Source: Takakia lepidozioides (taxonomy: Eukaryota; Plantae; Bryophyta). From it: a stretch of 64,000 nt of DNA. The notes under the pieces are model-generated. The model was not told the DNA's origin, made no database searches, and saw nothing but the letters and a program-made list of their open reading frames with translations. The stretch covers positions 2,356,001 through 2,420,000 of the forward strand of contig CM060733.1 in the NCBI GenBank assembly GCA_030704615.1, given 5' to 3'. Shown one piece after another: positions 36,153-53,384 of the stretch. The position numbers and the translations under genes were made by a program. Each line of letters opens with the position of its first letter. The first letter of the stretch is position 1.

Positions 36153-36820
36153 AGCGATCCCCGCTTCTTCCAACCCTCTATTTCTAGATACCTACCTTGA
36201 GGACTAAGAAAAGTGACCCCCGTGGAGACGATCTTTTGTGAGTATGCAGGGATCTCAAAATCTACAGGGCTTCTCAGCAAGGTAGTGTTACTGGGTATGG
36301 CTAGTGGAGCACCAGTCTTCTTACCTGGGAAAGGAAGCGGCCACTGATGCAAACACAGGGGAGCTGTCTTAGCAAAATCAAAATAGCGTGTCCAATTGTA
36401 CTGTTGTCCAGCAGCTTGTTGTGCTTCTGCAACCAAGGTCTTCATTTGGGATAGGTGGGCTGTAGCACAGCCTGCTGGCAAAGTCACATGGTTCAGATGT
36501 ACCTTGCAAGACTTGGCACCGCTGGTTTGTAGCCACATCACATTGCTAAGAACATCTATAGTGGCACCTGCACCCTTCATCCAGTCAAGACCGAGCAATA
36601 ACTGTTCTCCTAATGTGACAATACAAGTCAGAACAACAGACTTGCTATTCACCGTCACTGGCCCAGTGACCAGGCCAATGGGTTGATATGTGGTGCCATC
36701 AGCAATGCTGATTGCGATGCCAGTAGCAGGGGTCAACTTCAAACCTAGCAATCTAACAATGGTAAGTGGAATGGCAGAAATTGTGCAGCCAGTGTCTACT
36801 ACACATGGAAAAGATAAGTG
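36152..36820 (-). pseudogene. Aspartic protease plus dUTPase-like start of outer gypsy pol
   Basis: CVVDTGCTISA catalytic motif, LLLGLDWM flap motif, then LRSPVDFEIPAYSQKIVSTGV dUTPase-like segment. Confidence 0.85.
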
Positions 36821-37235
36821 TCATATATGACATTGGGTCATGAGGGGGTGCACACGCTCTCTTCTGAGACTGCTCGTTTGCAGTTCGACCTCACCTGTCT
36901 GAATGTTGAAAATCGGCATGTGATTCTCACACCTCGCAAGCGGCGTGTGACGGAGGACCCTGCTGCTGAGGATTCTTAGCATTGTGACAAATTGTTTTGG
37001 ACTGGCTTTGTTTTGATTTGTGATCACTTGCTGGTAGTGTAGCTGTTTTGCTAGCCTCATCACCATGCACTTAGGGTTATTCCAGTGACGAGGTTTTATC
37101 CTTTGCTCAACTTGCAAAGCAAGGTTTTCCTTGTCCTGGTTTTTTCATCCCACTTGCTTGAGGTTTTGCACTGGACATGTTTATTGCAGCAGCTCACAGG
37201 AGCTCGCTTGCAAGGGCGGCGGCTGGCTTCACATA

Positions 37236-37714
37236 TGTGAAGAACCAGATTCCTCTCTAGTCTTTATGAATGTTATAACTCTGTGGGGATGAAGGTGACT
37301 CTTACAACGGATGTGTCAGTGATGAGCCTGTAAACTTGTCTTATATTAACCGCTAGTAGTACATTAAGCAATAGCCTTGTTGGCGGCCTATCTGTCATGG
37401 CATCTGGATAACAATATGAGGAGCCAATAAGTGACAGCCATCTGGCCAGGCTGAAAAGACTATTTAATCATGGGGGTCTAGAGCCCTGGTGTGCTGGTTT
37501 TTGGAGTGTTCATCTCTCTGTACATGTGTGGATGAAAGTGTCTCAGTATACGGTGTGATTAAGGTTAGGGAATCGTCCCTCAGGATCTGCAGTCCTCTAG
37601 AGTAAGATCCCTCATCCTATGCATGCTCGCTCTACTGTAGCTATACTCCCCCTTTAAGGGCCTCCACCACAGAGGAAGGGAATCTCTGGTGGGCGCCAGA
37701 ATCTTGGCTTCACA
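37236..37714 (+). repeat. 3' LTR of outer gypsy element
   Basis: TGTGAAG...CTTCACA; diverged copy of 2167-2687 with several indels; purine-rich tract AAGGGCGGCGG just upstream. Confidence 0.92.
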
Positions 37715-38142
37715 GAGGGTGAGGTAGTTGTGGAGTAATAATATACTGAAGAACTCATTTTTCTCCGAGTTCCTCATTGCCAGTCCCATGCTGTAGATAG
37801 CGCACCATTTGGAGGCCAGTTCAGTACTGGTCCTTACGTGAAAGACATAGAGGGCTCTTTGACAATACACTGCCTGGAGTGCTCTTAAACACATGACCAG
37901 ATTCTTACTAAAATCTTGCTGTGGAATACCTGACAGTGTACTCATGACATTTGTACCAGATCATACATCTTCTACATGATATTTGCAATAATGGGAAAAT
38001 TGGCATTCTCCTCATGATAGAAACAAAGCCAGACAATAAGAGTCGCACTGTGAGCTGATTCAAACAAAAGCTTCTGTTGTGTAGCTTTCCAGAATTATCA
38101 TACTTCATTGACTTGTAGTTGAGTTGATACATGAGCTCTCAT

Positions 38143-41097
38143 TTACGATGCTGCCACAGCAGCACTCTTTGGGGTCGAAGATGGGACGGATGTGTTGGGC
38201 AATACTTGAACACCCTTTAAGTCAAGAAGCCCCTTGTCTTTGAGCTTTGGGTCAAATCGCAATGTCTCCTTACAATTCCGTGAATGAAACAAGGTCTCTA
38301 ATTCTTTTTCAACCCGCTTAGCTGCCTGTTTCAAGGCCTTTGCCTTGGGTGGCCCTGGTGCTGCCTCTTCAAACTTCAGCTTCTCTTCCTCTGCAACCAT
38401 GCCCCACCAACCTGGTTCAGAATGTACTCATACGACGTTGTTTGCCGTAGCATTGTGGCCATTGACCCCGCGCCCAGTTTGAGCGGAAACAACCTGGTTC
38501 AGAGAGAGACTCAAAGTTCCTTTTGAAGAGAAATGAATTAGATCTCCATTGACTGCTCCAGTGATCTTGTCCGAGTACCATAACATTGTCAGTTTCATAT
38601 CACAAGCTGCTTTGTCGCGCTGCTGTAGATATGGCACTAGAAGGATCTGAATGTACTGGTACACTTCACATCTCGTGGAGTGATGCACAAGAGTTGATAG
38701 ACTTTCCTATGGGTCTAGAAGAAGTGTCACATGGTCATGCAGTTTGTATCGAAAAATATGACGAGGAGGTGCACACCTGTCATGAGAGGTTTGCAATCCA
38801 GTGGGTTCTCCCAAATATTTTGCAACTCCCCATTGTCATTTCCGCTGGGAACTGAACCATTCTCAGAGATCCATTTGTCTCGAATGCTTTCAAGTAGAGC
38901 TCGGCTGGGACGGTTCACATTCTGCACCTTCACATACCAGCACTGTAGCGGCTTGCGTGCAAAGTGTAGCCTCATACTCTGATAAACCTGTCCACATTGG
39001 CTGGATTCCTTAGTTCACCATAGAGAGCACACCTTGATGCCTTTCAATCTTAGGAGTTCCTTGCAGTAATAAATGCTCGCTACTCTCTCATGCAATCTCA
39101 ACCTCATTGACATGCAACACGTTCTCATACAAGCCAACCCTGCCAACTTCTGGTCCCCATAAAGGAGATATTATGCAATTGCGTAATCTTATTGGCGTAA
39201 CCCACATATGTAGCCTTGCAACCAGTGACTCCAGGAATGCACCTCTCGATAGGTGGTGCTCTCGGGATGTGGATGGCTCAAATTGACATTAAGAGGAGGT
39301 AGAAGCTTCAGGAGAATCCTTCAGAAAAAATATCACACTAACCATCTACACAACAGAGACATTGACGTAAGTACTGGTTTTGTCAACAGGGACTACCCAC
39401 CTGTCTTGAGACACCAACGTAATGTAGAGTCTTTTCCTCATCGAAAATGGCATACACACTTGCCTTTGAGTCGGCTTTGCTGCAATCCGCAATCATACCC
39501 TCCTCAGTCAAGAATGCTACGAACTCGAGATCACCCAAAGATAAAGCTTCCCCACCCACTTGTGCCTGTTGCCTTCGCAGTGCATCTTGCTTCCGCCTAT
39601 ATTCTTCTTGTGCCTGCATTTTGCTTCTGAATCATTTACCTCTGTATGTGTGTGTGTGTGGATGATGGACTACTGTGACCAGCTACAAGTGCATGCTCCA
39701 CATGGCAAGGGAGCATTGTCAGCTCTGGAGCTTCAAATTGAGATTGTCACCCAACAGGCGGTCTATATCATGCAAGTTTATGGTCACAAGGCCACTGAGA
39801 GATACCAACATACCAGACTTTTGATTTTCTTAAGGAAGGAGCAACTCTTAGTTGGGGGGGCGGGGCGGAGGGAGAGCAGAGAAAGAAAGAAAAGAAGTTT
39901 AGTATGTCCGCTGGAGTCCCAAATCAATATTTAGGGACTAATACACGCTGTTACAGAGTCTCTACCTGCATCATGCACATTATCTAGCTCAGTTGTTCAT
40001 TAATTTTGTTCGAAATCAAAAACACTTCGGCAAATCTTGGACCAAAACTTGCCTGGAAATCATAAACACTACTGTGCCAAAAACTGGCATCAAAAGCTTG
40101 CCTGGAATGTGAGCTGCCGTGTTTTTTCTTGGTGTTCATCAGCTGCTGCCAGTTTTTGCTTCCACTTTGGTTCTGCATTCAGTAGCTGTACTTATGTCAC
40201 CACCTCTGACAAATATCAAGTGTCAATTGATAGAAAAAAGGTACTATGACAAGGGCAAAGTTTCATACTCTGGGTTGCACAAACCAGGGATAGCATCAGC
40301 AAGCAAAATGCCGCTACCATGCCTTCACTGGGGAAGGTATCAGAGAACATCTTTCTCAAAGAACAACTGGTAAGCACTTTTTCAAGAATTTCCCTTTTTC
40401 GCAAGTTGGAGACAGATTTCTGAGCCCCCAAGCATGGACTGCACAGATATAGTATGGGGCTCCAATTGCAGATGGCTAAAGGCAGAAACTTATACCTGCT
40501 GAAGAAGCACATGCAATGCCCACGGACCTTGAATTCAACACCCTCACATCAGCCTGAATGCTCTTGTATGTTAGCTCCTCTCTGCCATGATCCACAAATT
40601 GCCAATGACATGCCCGCAGGGAGAAAATAAACTGAGGCTCTGCATAGAAACTCCAGTTTAAATCCCTGAAAAGTTCCTGATCAAATTTCCAGAAGTCTCC
40701 ACTTAAAACCCTGCAACTGTTATGGCAAAATCTCTCTCGAATGAAATAATGACGCCAAAAAGTGTGGATAAATAACGCGATCTGACTGTAGGCATTGTAA
40801 ACGACGAGAGTCAGTTTTGGCCAGTGGCGATGAGAGAGGAAAGGAAAAAGAGGGAAAAAACATTACGTCGGTAGGAGGGCCAATGGAACCCAAAAAGTAG
40901 GACTGAAACAGAACAGTAAAAAACGAATGGACACGCACAAACAGCGAGAGAGCAGCTGGAGACTTCAGCAACACTTACCCACAAAACTCTGGTCTCAGCA
41001 TGGAAATGGAGGGTGCTCTCTCGTGGCCCATTGAAGATCCTGCCATCGTGGCGAGCATGGTACTCGGGGTAGTGCCATATGCGCTAACTCCCGCCAT
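38143..41097 (-). CDS. Probably plastid-targeted GIY-YIG domain protein (cyanobacterial/GRXS16 N-terminal type, no glutaredoxin domain)
   Basis: Exons 41097-40979, (uncertain middle exons), ~39630-39401 (SVYAIFD..LHYVGVSRQ), 38987-38777 (VYQSMRLHFARKP..RPSRALLE..W..ENG.VP.GN), 38390-38143 (AKRVE..LRFDPKLK..GLLDLK); GT-AG junctions in phase. Confidence 0.8.
38423..38500 (-). mobile_element. LINE extreme 3' fragment in a GIY-YIG gene intron
   Basis: Reverse complement matches ~47768-47835 (CGCTCAAACTGGGCGC..GTCAATGGCCACAA..TATGAGTACA). Confidence 0.8.
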
Positions 41098-41587
41098 AGC
41101 TGCCTAGCTTAAGTGAGTGCTGCCAATGCGGCTCCCTCCTACCTTCTTACAGTTTACTGAATTATACACTTTGTTCATGAGATTCTTGTATTCTACCACA
41201 AACCCATCGCTGAACAAGCTCACAAACCCGCCTCGAGAAATCTCTCATTCCGATGGATCTGAAATTGGTGGGACAAAAACTTAATCCAGCCTTATCCAAG
41301 ATATGCCTGCTTGTTTCTATTGGTCCACGTCATCTATATTAGATGCTCTGATGTGGACAAGAGCGTGGATGAATAGAATAAGGGTGGACACAGAGATCGC
41401 TGGATGTCCTCCAAGCATCTGTGGAGATTTGGTGAAGGAGAGCAGCTTGCATGAACAAATTTTGAGGAGGGCAACACGGGAGGGAGTCACACTCTTCGCT
41501 GTGATTTTCACGGATCATTTGTAAGTCCTCGCAGGACTTGAGAGAGATTGAGAGGTAGGATTTGAAGCTGGGTATTGGAAGGAATCT

Positions 41588-44500
41588 ATGGCTATGGCGG
41601 ATTGTGGCACTCTGATGAGGGGTTTATGGAAAAACCCTAATAAGCAGCTCCACGGGTCTTCTGCTTCCAGGACTCATGGTTTGCCACGGGCAAGCCGAGC
41701 GCGTGTGCGGATGGCCATGCGCGCACTTTCGTCTCCCAATGACCCCTTTCTGGCGCACCTCGCAGCTGCGGCCACCACCCCACTTGGCCAAGCCCAATTG
41801 GCGCAATCCAGAAGCGTTTCGGATGACACGCCTCCGTTGCTAGATATTGTGACTGATTCCTTGACTATGGCAGCTCCAGCTCAGGTCAGTGGTTGTGGTG
41901 GAAATTGGACGAAGTAGCTTGTAAAGTGGAGTGGCAATCCGTCAGCCACTTCAGCCGTATACTTTCCAGGCATTTGTTACAAGCGATTCTCTTAGATTAT
42001 CGGCTCGGTTCATTCTTTAAAATTTAGGCTTGTTCATCAAGGAATTCACCTTGCATAAGTATCTCCTGTGCCTCTTTTGACTGTAGATTGTTGGAGGCAA
42101 GATCTACAAATTACCATGCAGTTGCTATGGAGATGGCGCACATGGTTGGGCTGACAATTATGTTGTCAATTTCAGTCACTAGTCTCCTCTTCTAATTCTT
42201 GGTGTGTTTATTATCACCATGAAATGCTAGATGCATGCTGGTGAGCCAAAAATCTTACGTGTCCAAATTACGCATTCTGGCCTTTAGGTGGAGCGTCAAA
42301 CATCATACAATGAGCACAGACCTCGCCGCCCACCCCCTGACCTTCCATCTCTGCTTCTCAACAGTCGGATTGTCTACATTGGCATGCCGGTATGCAAACC
42401 GTGTTTTAAAATCTTTTTGTATAGGGTTCAAGGGAGGCTTTGGAGTTGGTTGGAGTTAGGTGGTGCATGATGTGTATACTTATGTTGATGGGGAGAGGAG
42501 AGGGATTCTTTGGGTCTTTAGACATAGTCATTGATTATTTATGCTGGACATTGGTCATGGTTAACCAGGAAGGGTATAAGCCCTGTAGAATCTGGAGCTG
42601 TTTCTTGGATTCAAACCACCAGGGTGTGACGTCTGCCTGGAATCGCCATCGTGCTCACGCACAGTCCAGGATTATTCAGTCCAGGATTGATTGACTTTTC
42701 TTGTAGGAGGTAGCAATACCGTTATCTTCAAAAGGATCAAGTGATCTATTTATCTGATTCCCTTAGGAGTGCAGCTAGACAGTGAGAAATAGGGAGAGAG
42801 TTTAGAGGCTAATGGGAAAGAGATTGGAACAGCTGGTACCAGCAGTGACAGAGCTGGTGATAGCGGAGCTGCTGTATCTGCAGTGGCTGGACCCAAGGCA
42901 GCCAACTTATGTCTACATTAACTCGACAGGAACCTCTCGTGCTGATGGTGAAACGGTATCTCTGATCCCTTGCTCTCACTTCACTACCCCCTCCCCACAT
43001 TTTTCCATTCTCACTATATTTCCCTTTCTTTTAAGAGCAGGTGATTAGTGTAATCTGCTTGAACTGGATCTACGTCTTTGGTCCCTTATACTTTTGTCTC
43101 AGACTGCACCCATATTTGCTTGTGAAGTTCAGTCACATGGAATTCACAAACAATTGTCTTCATGTTGGTGGGTGTTGGCCAGGTGGGTATGGAAACTGAA
43201 GGGTTTGCAATATATGACACCATGATGCAAGTGAAGAATGAGGTGCCTGCAGCTTTTCTCCCTCTCTCTCTCCCCCCAACACCCCCCCCTCCCCGTGTTC
43301 ACCAACTTGCAAAAGCTTGAGGCTGAACCTAAAGCCCTGGCCCTGTTGGGGTTTAACTTTTGGCTGCTCAGACACAGCAGATTGATGCTTGTGTGAAGGG
43401 CTTTCTAGAGATATCTGGAAAGCCCGAACTAATTGTTTATACCATGTAAGTCCCACTACTTGAGTGAGCCACTTACAAAGGTAGTGTCTATCCCTAATTT
43501 TCCGGTTAAACTGGGTGTGGGTTCTGTGGCCACAAGGCTATGACAAACAAAGTGTTATGAGTACATCTTCCCCACGCACCCCCCTCCTTCACCTCCAGTT
43601 GGAACTCAATTTTAATATCTGTTTGAAATCACCTTGGGCAGAGCTCAATTTTGCAGCTTGGGTGTCATTTGCAGTGAGAGAACTATGTCGATGTGAAATT
43701 GAAATCGTGCTAAACCAGGAGTACCTACAATCCTGGGGTTCAATGGCTGCAAGAGTACTGCCTAGGAAAAATGCTAGTCTCTCTCTCTCTGCCTCGCAAA
43801 CACCCACAGTAGCACAGTAGCACAAACAGTGATGAGGTGCAACATGTGTTACAGATCCAAACAGTGGCAGTAGGTGCGGCAATCGGACAGGCATGCTTGC
43901 TACTGGCTGCTGGTGAGAAGGGCCGGCGTTATATGATGCCTCATTCTACAGGTGTTGTCTCTCTGTCCCCTTCGAGACCAATGAAATTTGGTGGGTTTGT
44001 GCTGTGTAAGTCAGTTGCTCACTGTGCTGTTGGTGAGTATTGCTGTTTACTCAGGATAGAGCTATCAGTAATGCAGTGAAAGCAGTAGCAACCTTTCCGC
44101 ACTTTGCGTTAGCATGTTGTGAAGCTAATTGTAAGGGGAGGGATGTGATGGGGCAGCTATGATTCAACAGCCTCGATTACCATCTACCGGCCAGATGTCT
44201 GCCATTGACGTCCACATAAGAGCTAAAGAGGTTCTCTCTCTCCCTCTCTCTCGGGCATGGGTTATATCAAGGTAAGTCCCAGTACCGGAGTGAGCCCCTC
44301 ACAACGGTAGTGTTTGTTCCCTCTTGTTCCGCCAGACTAGCCGCGGGGTCTCTGGCCACGAGGCTATAGCAAACAATGTCTTATGAGTACATCCTCTCGG
44401 GCATGGTTCAAACTTCAAGTTGATAAACAGGAGAAAATTGGGGTCTATTTCAACTTGATTCTGCTTATATGAAAAGGCTGGTAAATGTCCGAATCTGTGA

Positions 44501-45754
44501 TGTCCGAATCCATTCCAAGAAATTAAAACACAAGGCTGATGGAAAGTAGGTGTTTGGGCTGGCAGGTGATTAATAACAGGGACACACTCGTGGGACTGCT
44601 GGCCAAGCATACCGGCAATGTATAAATCTCTTCTTCTAGTCCTTTGCTACCTCTCCTAGTTGTGTCGATGGGCATGTCTTATTGCTGGGCATTCGGTTTT
44701 TGCTGAGTTTATATTTGAAGGAGATTGCTGTCCATATTGAAAGAGGGTCGACTGCATTCCAGTGAGTTGGACTTCTGACACTGGTGCTCAGCTTTGTTTG
44801 TCACTACTGGTATTTTGAAATGGCAAGAGGAACCACAAGAGAGATGCTCTCATTGACCGGACTCTGCCAAGGTTGGCTGTGGCGTAGCCATGACGGCATA
44901 GTGACTTCGGAATATAATTCTCTGGGCTAGGGTGGGGGTCAAACCCACCATGGCATGAAAGCTCACAACATATGAGAGAAAGGAAGGAAAACTATATAAT
45001 GTCCTCAGGGCCTGAAAGTCCATAATTGAGAGAGAGTTGTAGGAACACCACAAACATATTAAGGTGGTTGGAGGAGTTTGGTGACCCTCTGAACAATACA
45101 GACAGCAATATCTGTACTGCTACTGTGCATGTGAGTGTAAAGGGGAAAGTTAGTGATATAAGAGGAGGGGACGGTCCTAATCAGGGCACTGGGAAGCGGG
45201 TTGCAGTCATTTGAGAAAGTTGCCAAGGTGATGGAGAGGCCTTTCTACATGAATCCTCGCAAAGCTGTTGACTTTGGTGTGGCGGACAAGGTAACTTCAC
45301 TCTTTTTCTCTGTAAGTACAAACTGGTTAGATCACCAACCAGCAGTCACCCACTGGAATAGAACTTTGAGAGATTCCAGTTTGCAGATTTGGTGAGATAT
45401 TCTAAGACAGATTTTGAATGTCTTAATTTCCTCCATGGTTTAATCCTGACAAAGGCTTCCACCTGGGGTTGGAATTAGCTCGTAAATATTGTGTTCAAAC
45501 CCATGTACAGTGCATCCTTTCTCGAGTTCTCCTTTAGTTGGAAGGAGAAGGACCTTAGTGTGCAATATGTTCGATAAATTTGAATTGTATTCAGCTTTGC
45601 TCCTGGCGGGTTTTCCATCGGACAGATATTGTGGCGTGGCCAAGAAGCCATGGCTGAGACCTTGAAAACAGAAGAGTGGGATAAGAGAGCAGGCATTCGT
45701 GTGGTGGAGCGTCCTGCTGCAGCTTATGGTGCAGGCGAAAATGGCTTGGGTTAA
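41588..45754 (+). CDS. CLPR3: Plastid Clp protease non-catalytic subunit ClpR3
   Basis: Nine exons (41588-41884, 42288-42388, ~42834-42955, ~43183-43242, ~43855-43951, ~44157-44230, 44566-44619, 45207-45290, ~45627-45754): YNEHRPRRPPPDLPSLLL, LVPAVTEL, YINSTG, GFAIYD, MIQQP, ILWRGQE. Confidence 0.92.
43296..43570 (+). mobile_element. LINE 3' fragment in a ClpR3 intron
   Basis: Aligns to ~47560-47835; ends TTATGAGTACA. Confidence 0.85.
44261..44393 (+). mobile_element. 133-bp LINE 3' fragment in a ClpR3 intron with 13-bp TSD
   Basis: Flanked by CTCTCGGGCATGG at 44248-44260 and 44394-44406. Confidence 0.88.
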
Positions 45755-46822
45755 TAGGGGAATTTGTAATAAATTTTGAAGATGTAGTGGTGGCTAGCTA
45801 GAAGTAGTGATTGTATTTCAACTTGGGAACTGTGCCGCAATGCCCCTGTTAAATTTACAAGTAAATGTACTTGCAGTCTTTTCTCATCTGCAGATTAAAG
45901 CATAGCAAGTTATAGTGGGGATTCTTACTAGGATACATATCCTGTACGAATGTATCATAGGAAAGGAAGTCTAATAAAGAAAGATTCTACTGCATGGAAA
46001 ATCTTGCACTTGCATAGTATTGGCCAAAAGCTCAGGCACAAGGTGAAGTCCCCAACTAAATTCCACCTGGATCTGTGCTGGAAATATTACATCCAGCTGT
46101 GTGCAGGGGACGCATGGATTGTGAAGTTGTGTTCTTAGTTAAATAAAAGTATGGGTGGCACCAAACATTGTTGTTGGTGATTACATCTCTGGGCATTGTG
46201 CATCATATCAGGGATCGAGACCCGGGATAGTTCCTGTGATAGTCCAAGTTATGGTGGTGCAGGCCGGGTTTGCGGCCTTCCTTATGCTATTGTTCCTCTT
46301 TGCTCCCAAGAATTGGTGCTGGATGTTGATACTGTCCTGGCTCCATGTGGTCCTACCACTTCGTGTTGGAGCACAATTGGACTACATTGCACTAAGACGT
46401 CTCTGGTTCTTAGCAAACTACAAAACTACCACAATGGCTGGTATAATACTATGGCGTAAAATATTATGGCATATCATATCATTTCTTGGTCAGAAAATTT
46501 AGTTGTTGTATGGGATACATATATCCATATATATAACCATCTCCTAGAAGGAAGGATTGAAAACTCTTGCTGAAGCAAGCGTAACTTATGGTGTCACTTC
46601 ACCTCGAAGGGATATTGCCTTGCCTTCTGTTTGGAAAGGTCTAAGAGCCATATCCTGGGCAACGTGGTTGCCCAATCCTCCCCCAAGGACTCAAAAGTCC
46701 CTAGACACCTTGGTGGACTTGTCTCTAAGTACCTTGTCTAGACAAACAAGTAACAAAGAGCTAAGTCAATTTAAGAAGCAAGCAACCAACATAATATTAC
46801 AAGCATAAACATTTGAACTCCT

Positions 46823-47835
46823 ATGACGACTCTCATCTGCTACATTATTAGACCTGCCTTGGAGTACGGATCTGCTATATGGGTTGATAACTCCAACCAG
46901 GCTAAGTCTCTAGAATCCATTCAAGTGGGGGTGCTTAAGGAGTGTATGTCAGCATGCTCCAAAACAGCCAATGTGGCTGTTCGGGGTGAGTTTGGCATTC
47001 CGTCCTTAAGCTCCCGACGAGATGAATTCAAGGTCAGATGGTGGGGTCAGCTGCAACATATGCCCAACACCAGATATCCTAAGTTAATCGACTCTATATC
47101 TTGGAAACAGGACCGCCCTGTCAAACAGGCTAAGTCCTGGCAGAAGTGAGTAGAAGAGATCCTCAAGGACCTGGACCTGGATCCGCAAGCATTGACCCTG
47201 CTGGATAAATCTGACTTAGAGGCTGTAGTGTCCTCAGCCATGTCTGTTGCCATGAGATTGTCTGATGAAAATGAAGTTAGGCAGAAAACTTCCCTGAACT
47301 TGTTTCCAGTCTATGACATGGGGGAGGACATCTTGGATGACCTCAAGGGTCTACCCACTCTCGGCACTAGACTGAAATTTAAACTCAGGGCAGGAAGCCT
47401 ACCTTTGAACAGCAAACAGAAGCAGAGAGGAAAGGGAGAGTGCAATTGCCCGTTGTGTGGGCAATCTGAAGACAGTATTCATTTTCTGATACACTGTCTG
47501 GGGTTCTCTCACCAAAGAGACGCTCTCTTCAAATCTATTAAGGGTATTGTGCCTGTACCCCTGTTTACCAACTTTGAAAGTCTCGAGGCTGAGCCAAAAG
47601 CCCAGGCCCTCCCGAGGCCTAGTTTTTGGGCAAATCACACACAGCAGATTGATGCTTGTGTGAAGGGATTTCTAGAGGATATCTGGAAAACCTGGATTAA
47701 TTCTATATATGAAGGTAAGTCTTACTACCAACGTCAGCCCCTGACAGAGGTAGGTTCTGTCCCTTTTGTTCCCGCTCAAACTGGGCGCAGGGTCAATGGC
47801 CACAAGGCTACGGCAAACAACGTCTTATGAGTACA
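46823..47835 (+). mobile_element. 5'-truncated LINE (ORF2 C-terminus)
   Basis: IRPALEYG, ANVAVRGEFG, CPLCG..EDSIHFLIHC zinc knuckle; in-frame stop at 47147; ends TTATGAGTACA. Confidence 0.88.
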
Positions 47836-48066
47836 ATCTCATCTGCTACAACTATTGCCGATGAATCTGTCCTCTATCCCGACTAGCACTCCTGCAACCA
47901 TGAAGCCCCCAACAAAATGGCGTTTCCAGGTGCTCAAACAAGGGCCTACAACTTTTGACAGGTGGCCACTCCAGATGGAAGCTCAGTTTTCCCAGCCAAC
48001 TCAGAAGTCTTGTTCAACCTCCTGCACCATAAGAAGCGCTAGTCAGCCCTACAACTATGACACTTG

Positions 48067-53384
<5,318 letters not shown>

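Larger units (their letters stand above)
2167..37714 (+). mobile_element. Old Ty3/gypsy LTR retrotransposon (outer element), rearranged and hosting nested insertions
   Basis: Homologous LTRs at 2167-~2687 and 37236-37714 with TGTGAAG...CTTCACA termini; flanked by GAGG on both sides (2163-2166 and 37715-37718); gag-like and pol remnants inside. Confidence 0.9.

Noticed and set aside
37193-37197. CTCAC/GTGAG (4321) inverted microhomology as the right inversion breakpoint
   Set aside because: 36833-37235 already reads as plus-strand ORF tail and 3' UTR, so the breakpoint lies near 36825.
38727-38975. ORF first taken as part of the adjacent LINE fragment
   Set aside because: It is an in-phase exon of the GIY-YIG gene; the LINE piece is only 38423-38500.
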